Program-made: the position numbers and the translations under genes
From: Eledone cirrhosa
Taxonomy: Eukaryota
Reading direction: 5' to 3'
DNA length: 64,000 nt
NCBI GenBank assembly: GCA_964016885.1
Contig: OZ024744.1
Coordinates: 3,844,001-3,908,000 of the forward strand
The notes under the pieces: generated by a model
Told to the model about the DNA's origin: nothing
What the model saw: only the letters and a program-made list of their open reading frames with translations
Database searches by the model: none
Shown: positions 1-12,099 of the stretch, in pieces
Layout: each line of letters opens with the position of its first letter
Position numbering within the stretch: position 1 is the stretch's first letter

Positions 1-349
1 GATAGATTGGTGAAGAACAAAGTTTTGAGGGATGACAAGGTAGAGAAAGATGACTTGGTGAAGAACGAAGTTTTGGGGGAAGACAAGGTAGAGAAAGATA
101 GCTTGGTGAAGAACGAAGTTTTGAGGGAAGACAAGGTAGAGAAAGATAGCTTGGTGAATAACGAAGTTTTGGGAGAAGACAAGGTAGAGAAAGATAGCTT
201 GGTGAAGAACGAAGTTTTGGGGGAAGACAAGGTAGAGAAAGATAGCTTGGTGAAGAACGAAGTTTTGAGGGAAGACAAGGTAGAGAAAGATAGCTTGGTG
301 AAGAACGATGTTTTGAGGGAAGACAAGGTAGAGAAAGATAGCTTGGTGA

Positions 350-3300
350 AGAACGACGTTTTGAGGGAAGACAAGGTAGAGAAAGATAGCTTGGTGAAGA
401 ACGACGTTTTGTGGGAAGACAAGGTAGAGAAAGATAGCTTGGTGAAGAACGAAGTTTTGGGGGAAGACAAGGTAGAGAAAGATAGCTTGGTGAAGAACGA
501 AGTTTTAGGGGAAGACAAGGTAGAGAAAGAGAGCTTGGTGAAGAACGACGTTTTGATGAAAGACAAGGTAGAGAAAGATAGCTTGGTGAAGAACGAAGTT
601 TTGGGGAAGACAATGTAGAGAAAGATAGCTTGGTGAAGAACGAAGTTTTGGGGGAAGACAAGGTAGAGAAAGATAGCTTGGTGAAGAACGAAGTTCTGAG
701 GGAAGACAAGGTAGAGAAAGATAGCTTGGTGAAGAACGAAGTTTTGCGAGAAGACAAGGTAGAGAAAGATATCTTGGTGAAGAACGAAGTTTTGACGGAA
801 GACAAGGTAGAGAAAGATAGCTTGGTGAAGAATGACGTTTTGTGGGAAGACAAGGTAGAGAAAGATAGCTTGGTGAAGAACGAAGTTTTGTGTGAAGACA
901 AGGTAGAGAAAGATAGCTTGGTGAAGAACGAAGTTTTGGGGGAAGACAAGGCAGAGAAAGATAGATTGGTGAAGAACGAAGTTTTGAGGGATGACAAGGT
1001 AGAGAAAGATGACTTGGTGAAGAAAGAAGTTTTGGGGGAAGACAAGGTAGAGAAAGATAGCTTGGTGAAGAACGAAGTTTTGGGGGAAGACAAGGTAGAG
1101 AAAGATAGCTTGGTGAAGAACGAAGTTTTGAGGGAAGACAAGGTAGAGAAAGATAGCTTGGTGAATAACGAAGTTTTGGGAGAAGACAAGGTAGAGAAAG
1201 ATAGCTTGGTGAAGAACGATGTTTTGAGGGAAGACAAGGTAGAGAAAGATAGCTTGGTGAAGAACGACGTTTTGAGGGAAGACAAGGTAGAGAAAGATAG
1301 CTTGGTGAAGAACGAAGTTCTGAGGGAAGACAAGGTAGAGAAAGATAGCTTGGTGAAGAACGAAGTTTTGGGAGAAAACAAGGTAGAGAAAGATATCTTG
1401 GTGAAGAACGAAGTTTCGACGGAAGACAAGGTAGAGAAAGATAGCTTGGTGAAGAATGACGTTTTGTGGGAAGACAAGGTAGAGAAAGATAGCTTGGTGA
1501 AGAACGAAGTTTTGTGTGAAGACAAGCTAGAGAAAGATAGCTTGGTGAAGAACGAAGTTTTGGGGGAAGACAAGGTAGAGAAAGATAGCTTGGTGAAAAA
1601 CGAAGTTTTGGGGGAAGACAAGGTAGAGAAAGATAGCTTGGTGAAGAACGAAGTTTTGAGGGAAGACAAGGTAGAGAAAGATAGCTTGGTGAATAACGAA
1701 GTTTTGGGAGAAGACAAGGTAGAGAAAGATAGCTTGGTGAAGAACGATGTTTTGAGGGAAGACAAGGTAGAGAAAGATAGCTTGGTGAAGAACGACGTTT
1801 TGAGGGAAGACAAGGTAGAGAAAGATAGCTTGGTGAAGAACGACGTTTTGTGGGAAGACAAGGTAGAGAAAGATAGCTTGGTGAAGAACGAAGTTTTGGG
1901 GGAAGACAAGGTAGAGAAAGATAGCTTGCGAAGAACGAAGTTTTGGGGGAAGACAAGGTAGAGAAAGATAGCTTGGTGAAGAACGATGTTTTGGGGGAAG
2001 ACAAGGTAGAGAAAGATAGCTTGGTGAAGAACGACGTTTTGAGGGAAGACAAGTTAGAGAAAGATAGCTTGGTGAAGAATGACGTTTTGTGGGAAGACAA
2101 GGTAGAGAAAGATAGCTTAGTGAAGAACGAAGTTTTGTGTGAAGACAAGCTAGAGAAAGATAGCTTGGTGAAGAACGAAGTTTTGGGGGAAGACAAGGTA
2201 GAGAAAGATAGATTGGTGAAGAACAAAGTTTTGATGGATGACAAGGTAGAGAAAGATGACTTGGTGAAGAACGAAGTTTTGGGGGAAGACAAGGTAGAGA
2301 AAGATAGCTTGGTGAAGAACGAAGTTTTGAGGAAAGACAAGGTAGAGAAAGATAGCTTGGTGAATAACGAAGTTTTGGGAGAAGACAAGGTAGAGAAAGA
2401 TAGCTTGGTGAAGAACGAAGTTTTAGGGGAAGACAATGTAGAGAAAGAGAGCTTGGTGAAGAACGACGTTTTGATGAAAGACAAGGTAGAGAAAGATAGC
2501 TTGGTGAAGAACGAAGTTTTGGGGAAGACAATGTAGAGAAAGATAGCTTGGTGAAGAACGAAGTTTTGGGGGAAGACAAGGTAGAGAAAGATAGCTTGGT
2601 GAAGAACGAAGTTCTGAGGGAAGACAAGGTAGAGAAAGATAGCTTGGTGAAGAACGAAGTTTTGCGAGAAGACAAGGTAGAGAAAGATATCTTGGTGAAG
2701 AACGAAGTTTTGACGGAAGACAAGGTAGAGAAAGATAGCTTGGTGAAGAATGACGTTTTGTGGGAAGACAAGGTAGAGAAAGATAGCTTGGTGAAGAACG
2801 AAGTTTTGTGTGAAGACAAGGTAGAGAAAGATAGCTTGGTGAAGAACGAAGTTTTGGGGGAAGACAAGGCAGAGAAAGATAGATTGGTGAAGAACGAAGT
2901 TTTGAGGGATGACAAGGTAGAGAAAGATGACTTGGTGAAGAAAGAAGTTTTGGGGGAAGACAAGGTAGAGAAAGATAGCTTGGTGAAGAACGAAGTTTTG
3001 GGGGAAGACAAGGTAGAGAAAGATAGCTTGGTGAAGAACGAAGTTTTGAGGGAAGACAAGGTAGAGAAAGATAGCTTGGTGAATAACGAAGTTTTGGGAG
3101 AAGACAAGGTAGAGAAAGATAGCTTGGTGAAGAACGAAGTTTTGGGGGAAGACAAGGTAGAGAAAGATAGCTTGGTGAAGAACGAAGTTTTGAGGGAAGA
3201 CAAGGTAGAGAAAGATAGCTTGGTGAAGAACGATGTTTTGAGGGAAGACAAGGTAGAGAAAGATAGCTTGGTGAAGAACGACGTTTTGAGGGAAGACAAG

Positions 3301-6300
3301 GTAGAGAAAGATAGCTTGGTGAAGAACGACGTTTTGTGGGAAGACAAGGTAGAGAAAGATAGCTTGGTGAAGAACGAAGTTTTGGGGGAAGACAAGGTAG
3401 AGAAAGATAGCTTGGTGAAGAACGAAGTTTTAGGGGAAGACAAGGTAGAGAAAGAGAGCTTGGTGAAGAACGACGTTTTGATGAAAGACAAGGTAGAGAA
3501 AGATAGCTTGGTGAAGAACGAAGTTTTGGGGAAGACAATGTAGAGAAAGATAGCTTGGTGAAGAACGAAGTTTTGGGGGAAGACAAGGTAGAGAAAGATA
3601 GCTTGGTGAAGAACGAAGTTCTGAGGGAAGACAAGGTAGAGAAAGATAGCTTGGTGAAGAACGAAGTTTTGCGAGAAGACAAGGTAGAGAAAGATATCTT
3701 GGTGAAGAACGAAGTTTTGACGGAAGACAAGGTAGAGAAAGATAGCTTGGTGAAGAATGACGTTTTGTGGGAAGACAAGGTAGAGAAAGATAGCTTGGTG
3801 AAGAACGAAGTTTTGTGTGAAGACAAGGTAGAGAAAGATAGCTTGGTGAAGAACGAAGTTTTGGGGGAAGACAAGGCAGAGAAAGATAGATTGGTGAAGA
3901 ACGAAGTTTTGAGGGATGACAAGGTAGAGAAAGATGACTTGGTGAAGAAAGAAGTTTTGGGGGAAGACAAGGTAGAGAAAGATAGCTTGGTGAAGAACGA
4001 AGTTTTGGGGGAAGACAAGGTAGAGAAAGATAGCTTGGTGAAGAACGAAGTTTTGAGGGAAGACAAGGTAGAGAAAGATAGCTTGGTGAATAACGAAGTT
4101 TTGGGAGAAGACAAGGTAGAGAAAGATAGCTTGGTGAAGAACGATGTTTTGAGGGAAGACAAGGTAGAGAAAGATAGCTTGGTGAAGAACGACGTTTTGA
4201 GGGAAGACAAGGTAGAGAAAGATAGCTTGGTGAAGAACGAAGTTCTGAGGGAAGACAAGGTAGAGAAAGATAGCTTGGTGAAGAACGAAGTTTTGGGAGA
4301 AAACAAGGTAGAGAAAGATATCTTGGTGAAGAACGAAGTTTCGACGGAAGACAAGGTAGAGAAAGATAGCTTGGTGAAGAACGATGTTTTGAGGGAAGAC
4401 AAGGTAGAGAAAGATAGCTTGGTGAAGAACGACGTTTTGAGGGAAGACAAGGTAGAGAAAGATAGCTTGGTGAAGAACGACGTTTTGTGGGAAGACAAGG
4501 TAGAGAAAGATAGCTTGGTGAAGAACGAAGTTTTGGGGGAAGACAAGGTAGAGAAAGATAGCTTGGTGAAGAACGAAGTTTTAGGGGAAGACAAGGTAGA
4601 GAAAGAGAGCTTGGTGAAGAACGACGTTTTGATGAAAGACAAGGTAGAGAAAGATAGCTTGGTGAAGAACGAAGTTTTGGGGAAGACAATGTAGAGAAAG
4701 ATAGCTTGGTGAAGAACGAAGTTTTGGGGGAAGACAAGGTAGAGAAAGATAGCTTGGTGAAGAACGAAGTTCTGAGGGAAGACAAGGTAGAGAAAGATAG
4801 CTTGGTGAAGAACGAAGTTTTGCGAGAAGACAAGGTAGAGAAAGATATCTTGGTGAAGAACGAAGTTTTGACGGAAGACAAGGTAGAGAAAGATAGCTTG
4901 GTGAAGAATGACGTTTTGTGGGAAGACAAGGTAGAGAAAGATAGCTTGGTGAAGAACGAAGTTTTGAGGGAAGACAAGGTAGAGAAAGATAGCTTGGTGA
5001 ATAACGAAGTTTTGGGAGAAGACAAGGTAGAGAAAGATAGCTTGGTGAAGAACGAAGTTTTGGGGGAAGACAAGGTAGAGAAAGATAGATTGGTGAAGAA
5101 CAAAGTTTTGAGGGAAGACAAGGTAGAGAAAGATAGCTTGGTGAAGAACGACGTTTTGAGGGAAGACAAGGTAGAGAAAGATAGCTTGGTGAAGAACGAC
5201 GTTTTGTGGGAAGACAAGGTAGAGAAAGATAGCTTGGTGAAGAACGAAGTTTTGGGGGAAGACAAGGTAGAGAAAGATAGCTTGGTGAAGAACGAAGTTT
5301 TAGGGGAAGACAAGGTAGAGAAAGAGAGCTTGGTGAAGACCGACGTTTTGATGAAAGACAAGGTAGAGAAAGATAGCTTGGTGAAGAACGAAGTTTTGGG
5401 GAAGACAATGTAGAGAAAGATAGCTTGGTGAAGAACGAAGTTTTGGGGGAAGACAAGGTAGAGAAAGATAGCTTGGTGAAGAACGAAGTTCTGAGGGAAG
5501 ACAAGGTAGAGAAAGATAGCTTGGTGAAGAACGAAGTTTTGCGAGAAGACAAGGTAGAGAAAGATATCTTGGTGAAGAACGAAGTTTTGACGGAAGACAA
5601 GGTAGAGAAAGATAGCTTGGTGAAGAATGACGTTTTGTGGGAAGACAAGGTAGAGAAAGATAGCTTGGTGAAGAACGAAGTTTTGTGTGAAGACAAGGTA
5701 GAGAAAGATAGCTTGGTGAAGAACGAAGTTTTGCGGGAAGACAAGGCAGAGAAAGATAGATTGGTGAAGAACGAAGTTTTGAGGGATGACAAGGTAGAGA
5801 AAGATGACTTGGTGAAGAAAGAAGTTTTGGGGGAAGACAAGGTAGAGAAAGATAGCTTGGTGAAGAACGAAGTTTTGGGGGAAGACAAGGTAGAGAAAGA
5901 TAGCTTGGTGAAGAACGAAGTTTTGAGGGAAGACAAGGTAGAGAAAGATAGCTTGGTGAATAACGAAGTTTTGGGAGAAGACAAGGTAGAGAAAGATAGC
6001 TTGGTGAAGAACGACGTTTTGAGGGAAGACAAGGTAGAGAAAGATAGCTTGGTGAAGAACGACGTTTTGAGGGAAGACAAGGTAGAGAAAGATAGCTTGG
6101 TGAAGAACGAAGTTCTGAGGGAAGACAAGGTAGAGAAAGATAGCTTGGTGAAGAACGAAGTTTTGGGAGAAAACAAGGTAGAGAAAGATATCTTGGTGAA
6201 GAACGAAGTTTCGACGGAAGACAAGGTAGAGAAAGATAGCTTGGTGAAGAATGACGTTTTGTGGGAAGACAAGGTAGAGAAAGATAGCTTGGTGAAGAAC

Positions 6301-7200
6301 GAAGTTTTGTGTGAAGACAAGCTAGAGAAAGATAGCTTGGTGAAGAACGAAGTTTTGGGGGAAGACAAGGTAGAGAAAGATAGCTTGGTGAAAAACGAAG
6401 TTTTGGGGGAAGACAAGGTAGAGAAAGATAGCTTGGTGAAGAACGAAGTTTTGAGGGAAGACAAGGTAGAGAAAGATAGCTTGGTGAATAACGAAGTTTT
6501 GGGAGAAGACAAGGTAGAGAAAGATAGCTTGGTGAAGAACGATGTTTTGAGGGAAGACAAGGTAGAGAAAGATAGCTTGGTGAAGAACGACGTTTTGAGG
6601 GAAGACAAGGTAGAGAAAGATAGCTTGGTGAAGAACGACGTTTTGTGGGAAGACAAGGTAGAGAAAGATAGCTTGGTGAAGAACGAAGTTTTGGGGGAAG
6701 ACAAGGTAGAGAAAGATAGCTTGCGAAGAACGAAGTTTTGGGGGAAGACAAGGTAGAGAAAGATAGCTTGGTGAAGAACGATGTTTTGGGGGAAGACAAG
6801 GTAGAGAAAGATAGCTTGGTGAAGAACGACGTTTTGAGGGAAGACAAGTTAGAGAAAGATAGCTTGGTGAAGAATGACGTTTTGTGGGAAGACAAGGTAG
6901 AGAAAGATAGCTTAGTGAAGAACGAAGTTTTGTGTGAAGACAAGCTAGAGAAAGATAGCTTGGTGAAGAACGAAGTTTTGGGGGAAGACAAGGTAGAGAA
7001 AGATAGATTGGTGAAGAACAAAGTTTTGATGGATGACAAGGTAGAGAAAGATGACTTGGTGAAGAACGAAGTTTTGGGGGAAGACAAGGTAGAGAAAGAT
7101 AGCTTGGTGAAGAACGAAGTTATGAGGGAAGACAAGGTAGAGAAAGATAGCTTGGTGAATAACGAAGTTTTGGGAGAAGACAAGGTAGAGAAAGATAGCT
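350..7200 (+). repeat. Dispersed ~2-kb block duplication, offset 4795 bp (~0.35-2.4 kb copied at ~5.15-7.2 kb)
   Basis: ORF starts 630/5425 and 1943/6738 differ by 4795 (100x48-5). Private variants are shared at that offset: GTGAAAAAC (~1593/6388), AGCTTAGTG (~2114/6909) and GATGTTTTGGGG (~1985/6780). Boundaries are approximate. Confidence 0.8.
529..1300 (+). repeat. Representative copy of the higher-order repeat (ordered cassette of variant monomers)
   Basis: The ordered series is GAGAGC..GAC..ATGAAA > 47-bp GGGGAAGACAAT > consensus > CTGAGG > CGA/GGA > GATATC..ACG > AATGAC..TGG > TGT > GCA > AGA..GGGAT > GATGAC..AAAGAA > G > AGG > AATAAC..GGA > GAT..AGG > GAC..AGG. The cassette, with local variations, restarts at ORF-track positions 630, 2548, 3555, 5425, 9742, 11516, 16408, 21925, 24468, 25858, 27104, 30602, 37693, 42053, 46176, 51211 and ~63386. 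Confidence 0.9.
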
Positions 7201-8399
7201 TGGTGAAGAACGAAGTTTTGGGGGAAGACAAGGTAGAGAAAGATAGCTTGGTGAAGAACGAAGTTTTGGGGGAAGACAAGGTAGAGAAAGATAGCTTGGT
7301 GAAGAACGAAGTTCTGAGGGAAGACAAGGTAGAGAAAGATAGCTTGGTGAAGAACGAAGTTTTGCGAGAAGACAAGGTAGAGAAAGATATCTTGGTGAAG
7401 AACGAAGTTTTGACGGAAGACAAGGTAGAGAAAGATAGCTTGGTGAAGAATGACGTTTTGTGGGAAGACAAGGTAGAGAAAGGTAGCTTGGTGAAGAACG
7501 AAGTTTTGTGTGAAGACAAGGTAGAGAAAGATAGCTTGGTGAAGAACGAAGTTTTGGGGGAAGACAAGGCAGAGAAAGATAGATTGGTGAAGAACGAAGT
7601 TTTGAGGGATGACAAGGTAGAGAAAGATGACTTGGTGAAGAAAGAAGTTTTGGGGAAAGACAAGGTAGAGAAAGATAGCTTGGTGAAGAACGAAGTTTTG
7701 GGGGAAGACAAGGTAGAGAAAGATAGCTTGGTGAAGAACGAGGTTTTGAGGGAAGACAAGGTAGAGAAAGATAGCTTGGTGAATAACGAAGTTTTGGGAG
7801 AAGACAAGGTAGAGAAAGATAGCTTGGTGAAGAACGATGTTTTGAGGGAAGGCAAGGTAGAGAAAGATAGCTTGGTGAAGAACGACTTTTTGAGGGAAGA
7901 CAAGGTAGAGAAAGATAGCTTGGTGAAGAATGACGTTTTGTGGGAAGACAAGGTAGAGAAAGATAGCTTGGTGAAGAACGAAGTTTTGAGGGAAGACGAG
8001 GTAGAGAAAGATAGCTTGGTGAAGAACGAAGTTTTGGGGGAAGACAAGGTAGAGAAAGATAGCTTGGTGAAGAACGACGTTTTGAGGGAAGACAAGGTAG
8101 AGAAAGATAGCTTGGTGAAGAACGAAGTTTTGGGGGAAGACAAGGTAGAGAAATATAGCTTGGTGAAGAACGAAGTTTTGGGGGAAGACAAGGTAGAGAA
8201 AGATAGCTTGGAGAAGAACGAAGTTTTAGGGGAAGACAAGGTAGAGAAAGATAGCTTGGTGAAGAACGAAGTTTTGATGGAAGACAAGGTAGAGAAAGAT
8301 GACTTGGTGAAGAACGAAGTTTTGGGGGAAGACAAGGTAGAGAAAGATAGCTTGGTGAAGAACGAAGTTTTGAGGGAAGACGAGGTAGAGAAAGATAGC

Positions 8400-11300
8400 T
8401 TGGTGAAGAACGAAGTTTTGGGGGAAGACAAGGTAGAGAAAGATAGCTTGGTGAAGAACGAAGTTTTGGGGGAAGACAAGGTAGAGAAAGATAGCTTGGT
8501 GAAGAACGACGTTTTGAGGGAAGACAAGGTAGAGAAAGATAGCTTGGTGAAGAACGAAGTTTTGGGGGAAGACAAGGTAGAGAAAGATAGCTTGGTGAAG
8601 AACGAAGTTTTGGGGGAAGACAAGGTAGAGAAAGATAGCTTGGTGAAGAACAAAGTTTTGAGGGAAGACGAGGTAGAGAAAGATAGCTTGGTGAAGAACG
8701 AAGTTTTGGGGGAAGACAAGGTAGAGAAAGATAGCTTGGTGAAGAACGAAGTTTTGGGGGAAGACAAGGTAGAGAAAGATAGCTTGGTGAAGAACGACGT
8801 TTTGAGGGAAGACAAGGTCGTGAAAGATAGCTTGGTGAAGAACGAAGTTTTGGGGAAGACAATGTAGAGAAAGATAGCTTGGTGAAGAACGAAGTTTTGG
8901 GGGAAGACAAGGTAGAGAAAGATAGCTTGGTGAAGAACGAAGTTCTGAGGGAAGACAAGGTAGAGAAAGATAGCTTGGTGAAGAACGAAGTTTTGGGAGG
9001 AGACAAGGTAGAGAAAGATATCTTGGTGAAGAACGAAGTTTTGACGGAAGACAAGGTAGAGAAAGATAGCTTGGTGAAAAATGACGTTTTGTGGGAAGAC
9101 AAGGTAGAGAAAGATAGCTTGGTGAAGAACGAAGTTTTGTGTGAAGACAAGCTAGAGAAAGATAGCTTGGTGAAGAACGAAGTTTTGGGGGAAGACAAGG
9201 TAGAGAAAGATAGATTGGTGAAGAACAAAGTTTTGAGGGATGACAAGGTAGAGAAAGATGACTTGGTGAAGAACGAAGTTTTGGGGGAAGACAAGGTAGA
9301 GAAAGATAGCTTGGTGAAGAACGAAGTTTTGAGGGAAGACAAGGTAGAGAAAGATGGCTTGGTGAATAACGAAGTTTTGGGAGAAGACAAGGTAGAGAAA
9401 GATAGCTTGGTGAAGAACGAACTTTTGGGGGAAGACAAGGTAGAGAAAGATAGCTTGGTGAAGAACGAAGTTTTGAGGGAAGACAAGGTAGAGAAAGATA
9501 GCTTGGTGAAGAACGATGTTTTGAGGGAAGACAAGGTAGAGAAAGATAGCTTGGTGAAGAACGACGTTTTGAGGGAAGACAAGGTAGAGAAAGATAGCTT
9601 GGTGAAGAACGAAGTTTTGGGGGAAGACAAGGTAGAGAAAGAGAGCTTGGTGAAGAACGACGTTTTGATGAAAGACAAGGTAGAGAAAGATAGCTTGGTG
9701 AAGAACGAAGTTTTGAGGAAGACAATGTAGAGAAAGATAGCTTGGTGAAGAACGAAGTTTTGGGGGAAGACAAGGTAGAGAAAGATAGCTTGGTGAAGAA
9801 CGAAGTTCTGAGGGAAGACAAGGTAGAGAAAGATAGCTTGGTGAAGAACGAAGTTTTGCGAGAAGACAAGGTAGAGAAAGATATCTTGGTGAAGAACGAA
9901 GTTTTGACGGAAGACATGGTAGAGAAAGATAGCTTGGTGAAGAATGACGTTTTGTGGGAAGACAAGGTAGAGAAAGATAGCTTGGTGAAGAACGAAGTTT
10001 TGTGTGAATACAAGGTAGAGAAAGATAGCTTGGTGAAGAACGAAGTTTTGGGGGAAGACAAGGCAGAGAAAGATAGATTGGTGAAGAACGAAGTTTTGAG
10101 GGATGACAAGGTAGAGAAAGATGACTTGGTGAAGAAAGAAGTTTTGGGGGAAGACAAGGTAGAGAAAGATAGCTTGGTGAAGAACGAAGTTTTGGGGGAA
10201 GACAAGGTAGAGAAAGATAGCTTGGTGAAGAACGAAGTTTTGGGGGAAGACAAGGTAGAGAAAGATAGCTTGGTGAAGAACGACGTTTTGAGGGAAGACA
10301 AGGTAGAGAAAGATAGCTTGGTGAAGAACGAAGTTTTGGGGGAAGACAAGGTAGAGAAAGATAGCTTGGTGAAGAACGAAGTTTTGGGGGAAGACAAGGT
10401 AGAGAAAGATAGCTTGGTGAAGAACAAAGTTTTGAGGGAAGACGAGGTAGAGAAAGATAGCTTGGTGAAGAACGAAGTGTTGGGGGAAGACAAGGTAGAG
10501 AAAGATAGCTTGGTGAAGAACGAAGTTTTGGGGGAAGACAAGGTAGAGAAAGATAGCTTGGTGAAGAACGACGTTTTGAGGGAAGACAAGGTCGTGAAGG
10601 ATAGCTTGGTGAAGAACGAAGTTTTGGGGAAGACAATGTAGAGAAAGATAGCTTGGTGAAGAACGAAGTTTTGGGGGAAGACAAGGTAGAGAAAGATAGC
10701 TTGGTGAAGAACGAAGTTCTGAGGGAAGACAAGGTAGAGAAAGATAGCTTGGTGAAGAACGAAGTTTTGGGAGGAGACAAGGTAGAGAAAGATATCTTGG
10801 TGAAGAACGAAGTTTTGACGGAAGACAAGGTAGAGAAAGATAGCTTGGTGAAGAATGACGTTTTGTGGGAAGACAAGGTAGAGAACGATAGCTTGGTGAA
10901 GAACGAAGTTTTGTGTGAAGACAAGCTAGAGAAAGATAGCTTGGTGAAGAACGAAGTTTTGGGGGAAGACAAGGTAGAGAAAGATAGATTGGTGAAGAAC
11001 AAAGTTTTGAGGGATGACAAGGTAGAGAAAGATGACTTGGTGAAGAACGAAGTTTTGGGGGAAGACAAGGTAGAGAAAGATAGCTTGGTGAAGAACGAAG
11101 TTTTGAGGGAAGACAAGGTAGAGAAAGATGGCTTGGTGAATAACGAAGTTTTGGGAGAAGACAAGGTAGAGAAAGATAGCTTGGTGAAGAACGAACTTTT
11201 GGGGGAAGACAAGGTAGAGAAAGATAGCTTGGTGAAGAACGAAGTTTTGAGGGAAGACAAGGTAGAGAAAGATAGCTTGGTGAAGAACGATGTTTTGAGG

Positions 11301-11990
11301 GAAGACAAGGTAGAGAAAGATAGCTTGGTGAAGAACGACGTTTTGAGGGAAGACAAGGTAGAGAAAGATAGCTTGGTGAAGAACGAAGTTTTGGGGGAAG
11401 ACAAGGTAGAGAAAGAGAGCTTGGTGAAGAACGACGTTTTGATGAAAGACAAGGTAGAGAAAGATAGCTTGGTGAAGAACGAAGTTTTGGGGAAGACAAT
11501 GTAGAGAAAGATAGCTTGGTGAAGAACGAAGTTTTGGGGGAAGACAAGGTAGAGAATGATAGCTTGGTGAAGAACGAAGTTCTGAGGGAAGACAAGGTAG
11601 AGAAAGATAGCTTGGTGAAGAACGAAGTTTTGCGAGAAGACAAGGTAGAGAAAGATATCTTGGTGAAGAACGAAGTTTTGACGGAAGACAAGGTAGAGAA
11701 AGATAGCTTGGTGAAGAATGACGTTTTGTGGGAAGACAAGGTAGAGAAAGATAGCTTGGTGAAGAACGAAGTTTTGTGTGAATACAAGGTAGAGAAAGAT
11801 AGCTTGGTGAAGAACGAAGTTTTGGGGGAAGACAAGGCAGAGAAAGATAGATTGGTGAAGAACGAAGTTTTGAGGGATGACAAGGTAGAGAAAGATGACT
11901 TGGTGAAGAAAGAAGTTTTGGGGGAAGACAAGGTAGAGAAAGATAGCTTGGTGAAGAACGAAGTTTTGGGGGAAGACAAGGTAGAGAAAG
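8400..11990 (+). repeat. Tandem duplication, period 1774 bp (37 monomers - 2 bp)
   Basis: ORFs 8879/10653 and 9742/11516 are offset by 1774. Shared markers: GTCGTG (8817/10591), GGAGGA (8996/10770), GATGGC (9354/11128), GAACTT (9419/11193) and GAATAC (10006/11780). Confidence 0.85.
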
Positions 11991-12099
11991 ATAGCTTGGT
12001 GAAGAACGAAGTTTTGAGGGAAGACAAGGTAGAGAAAGATAGCTTGGTGAATAACGAAGTTTTGGGAGAAGACAAGGTAGAGAAAGATAGCTTGGTGAA

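Noticed and set aside
1-144. 3 x 48 = 144 bp as a nucleosome-positioning unit
   Set aside because: No trimer periodicity is visible among the variants. This is a numerical coincidence without MNase data.
598-620. Programmed ribosomal frameshifting or phase variation at TTTTGGGG..ATGTAG joining the ORFs
   Set aside because: This is not a canonical X XXY YYZ (Y = A/U) slippery site, and no downstream structure is plausible in such C-poor RNA. Indels of -1, -2 and +1 plus true stops would need several different recoding mechanisms.
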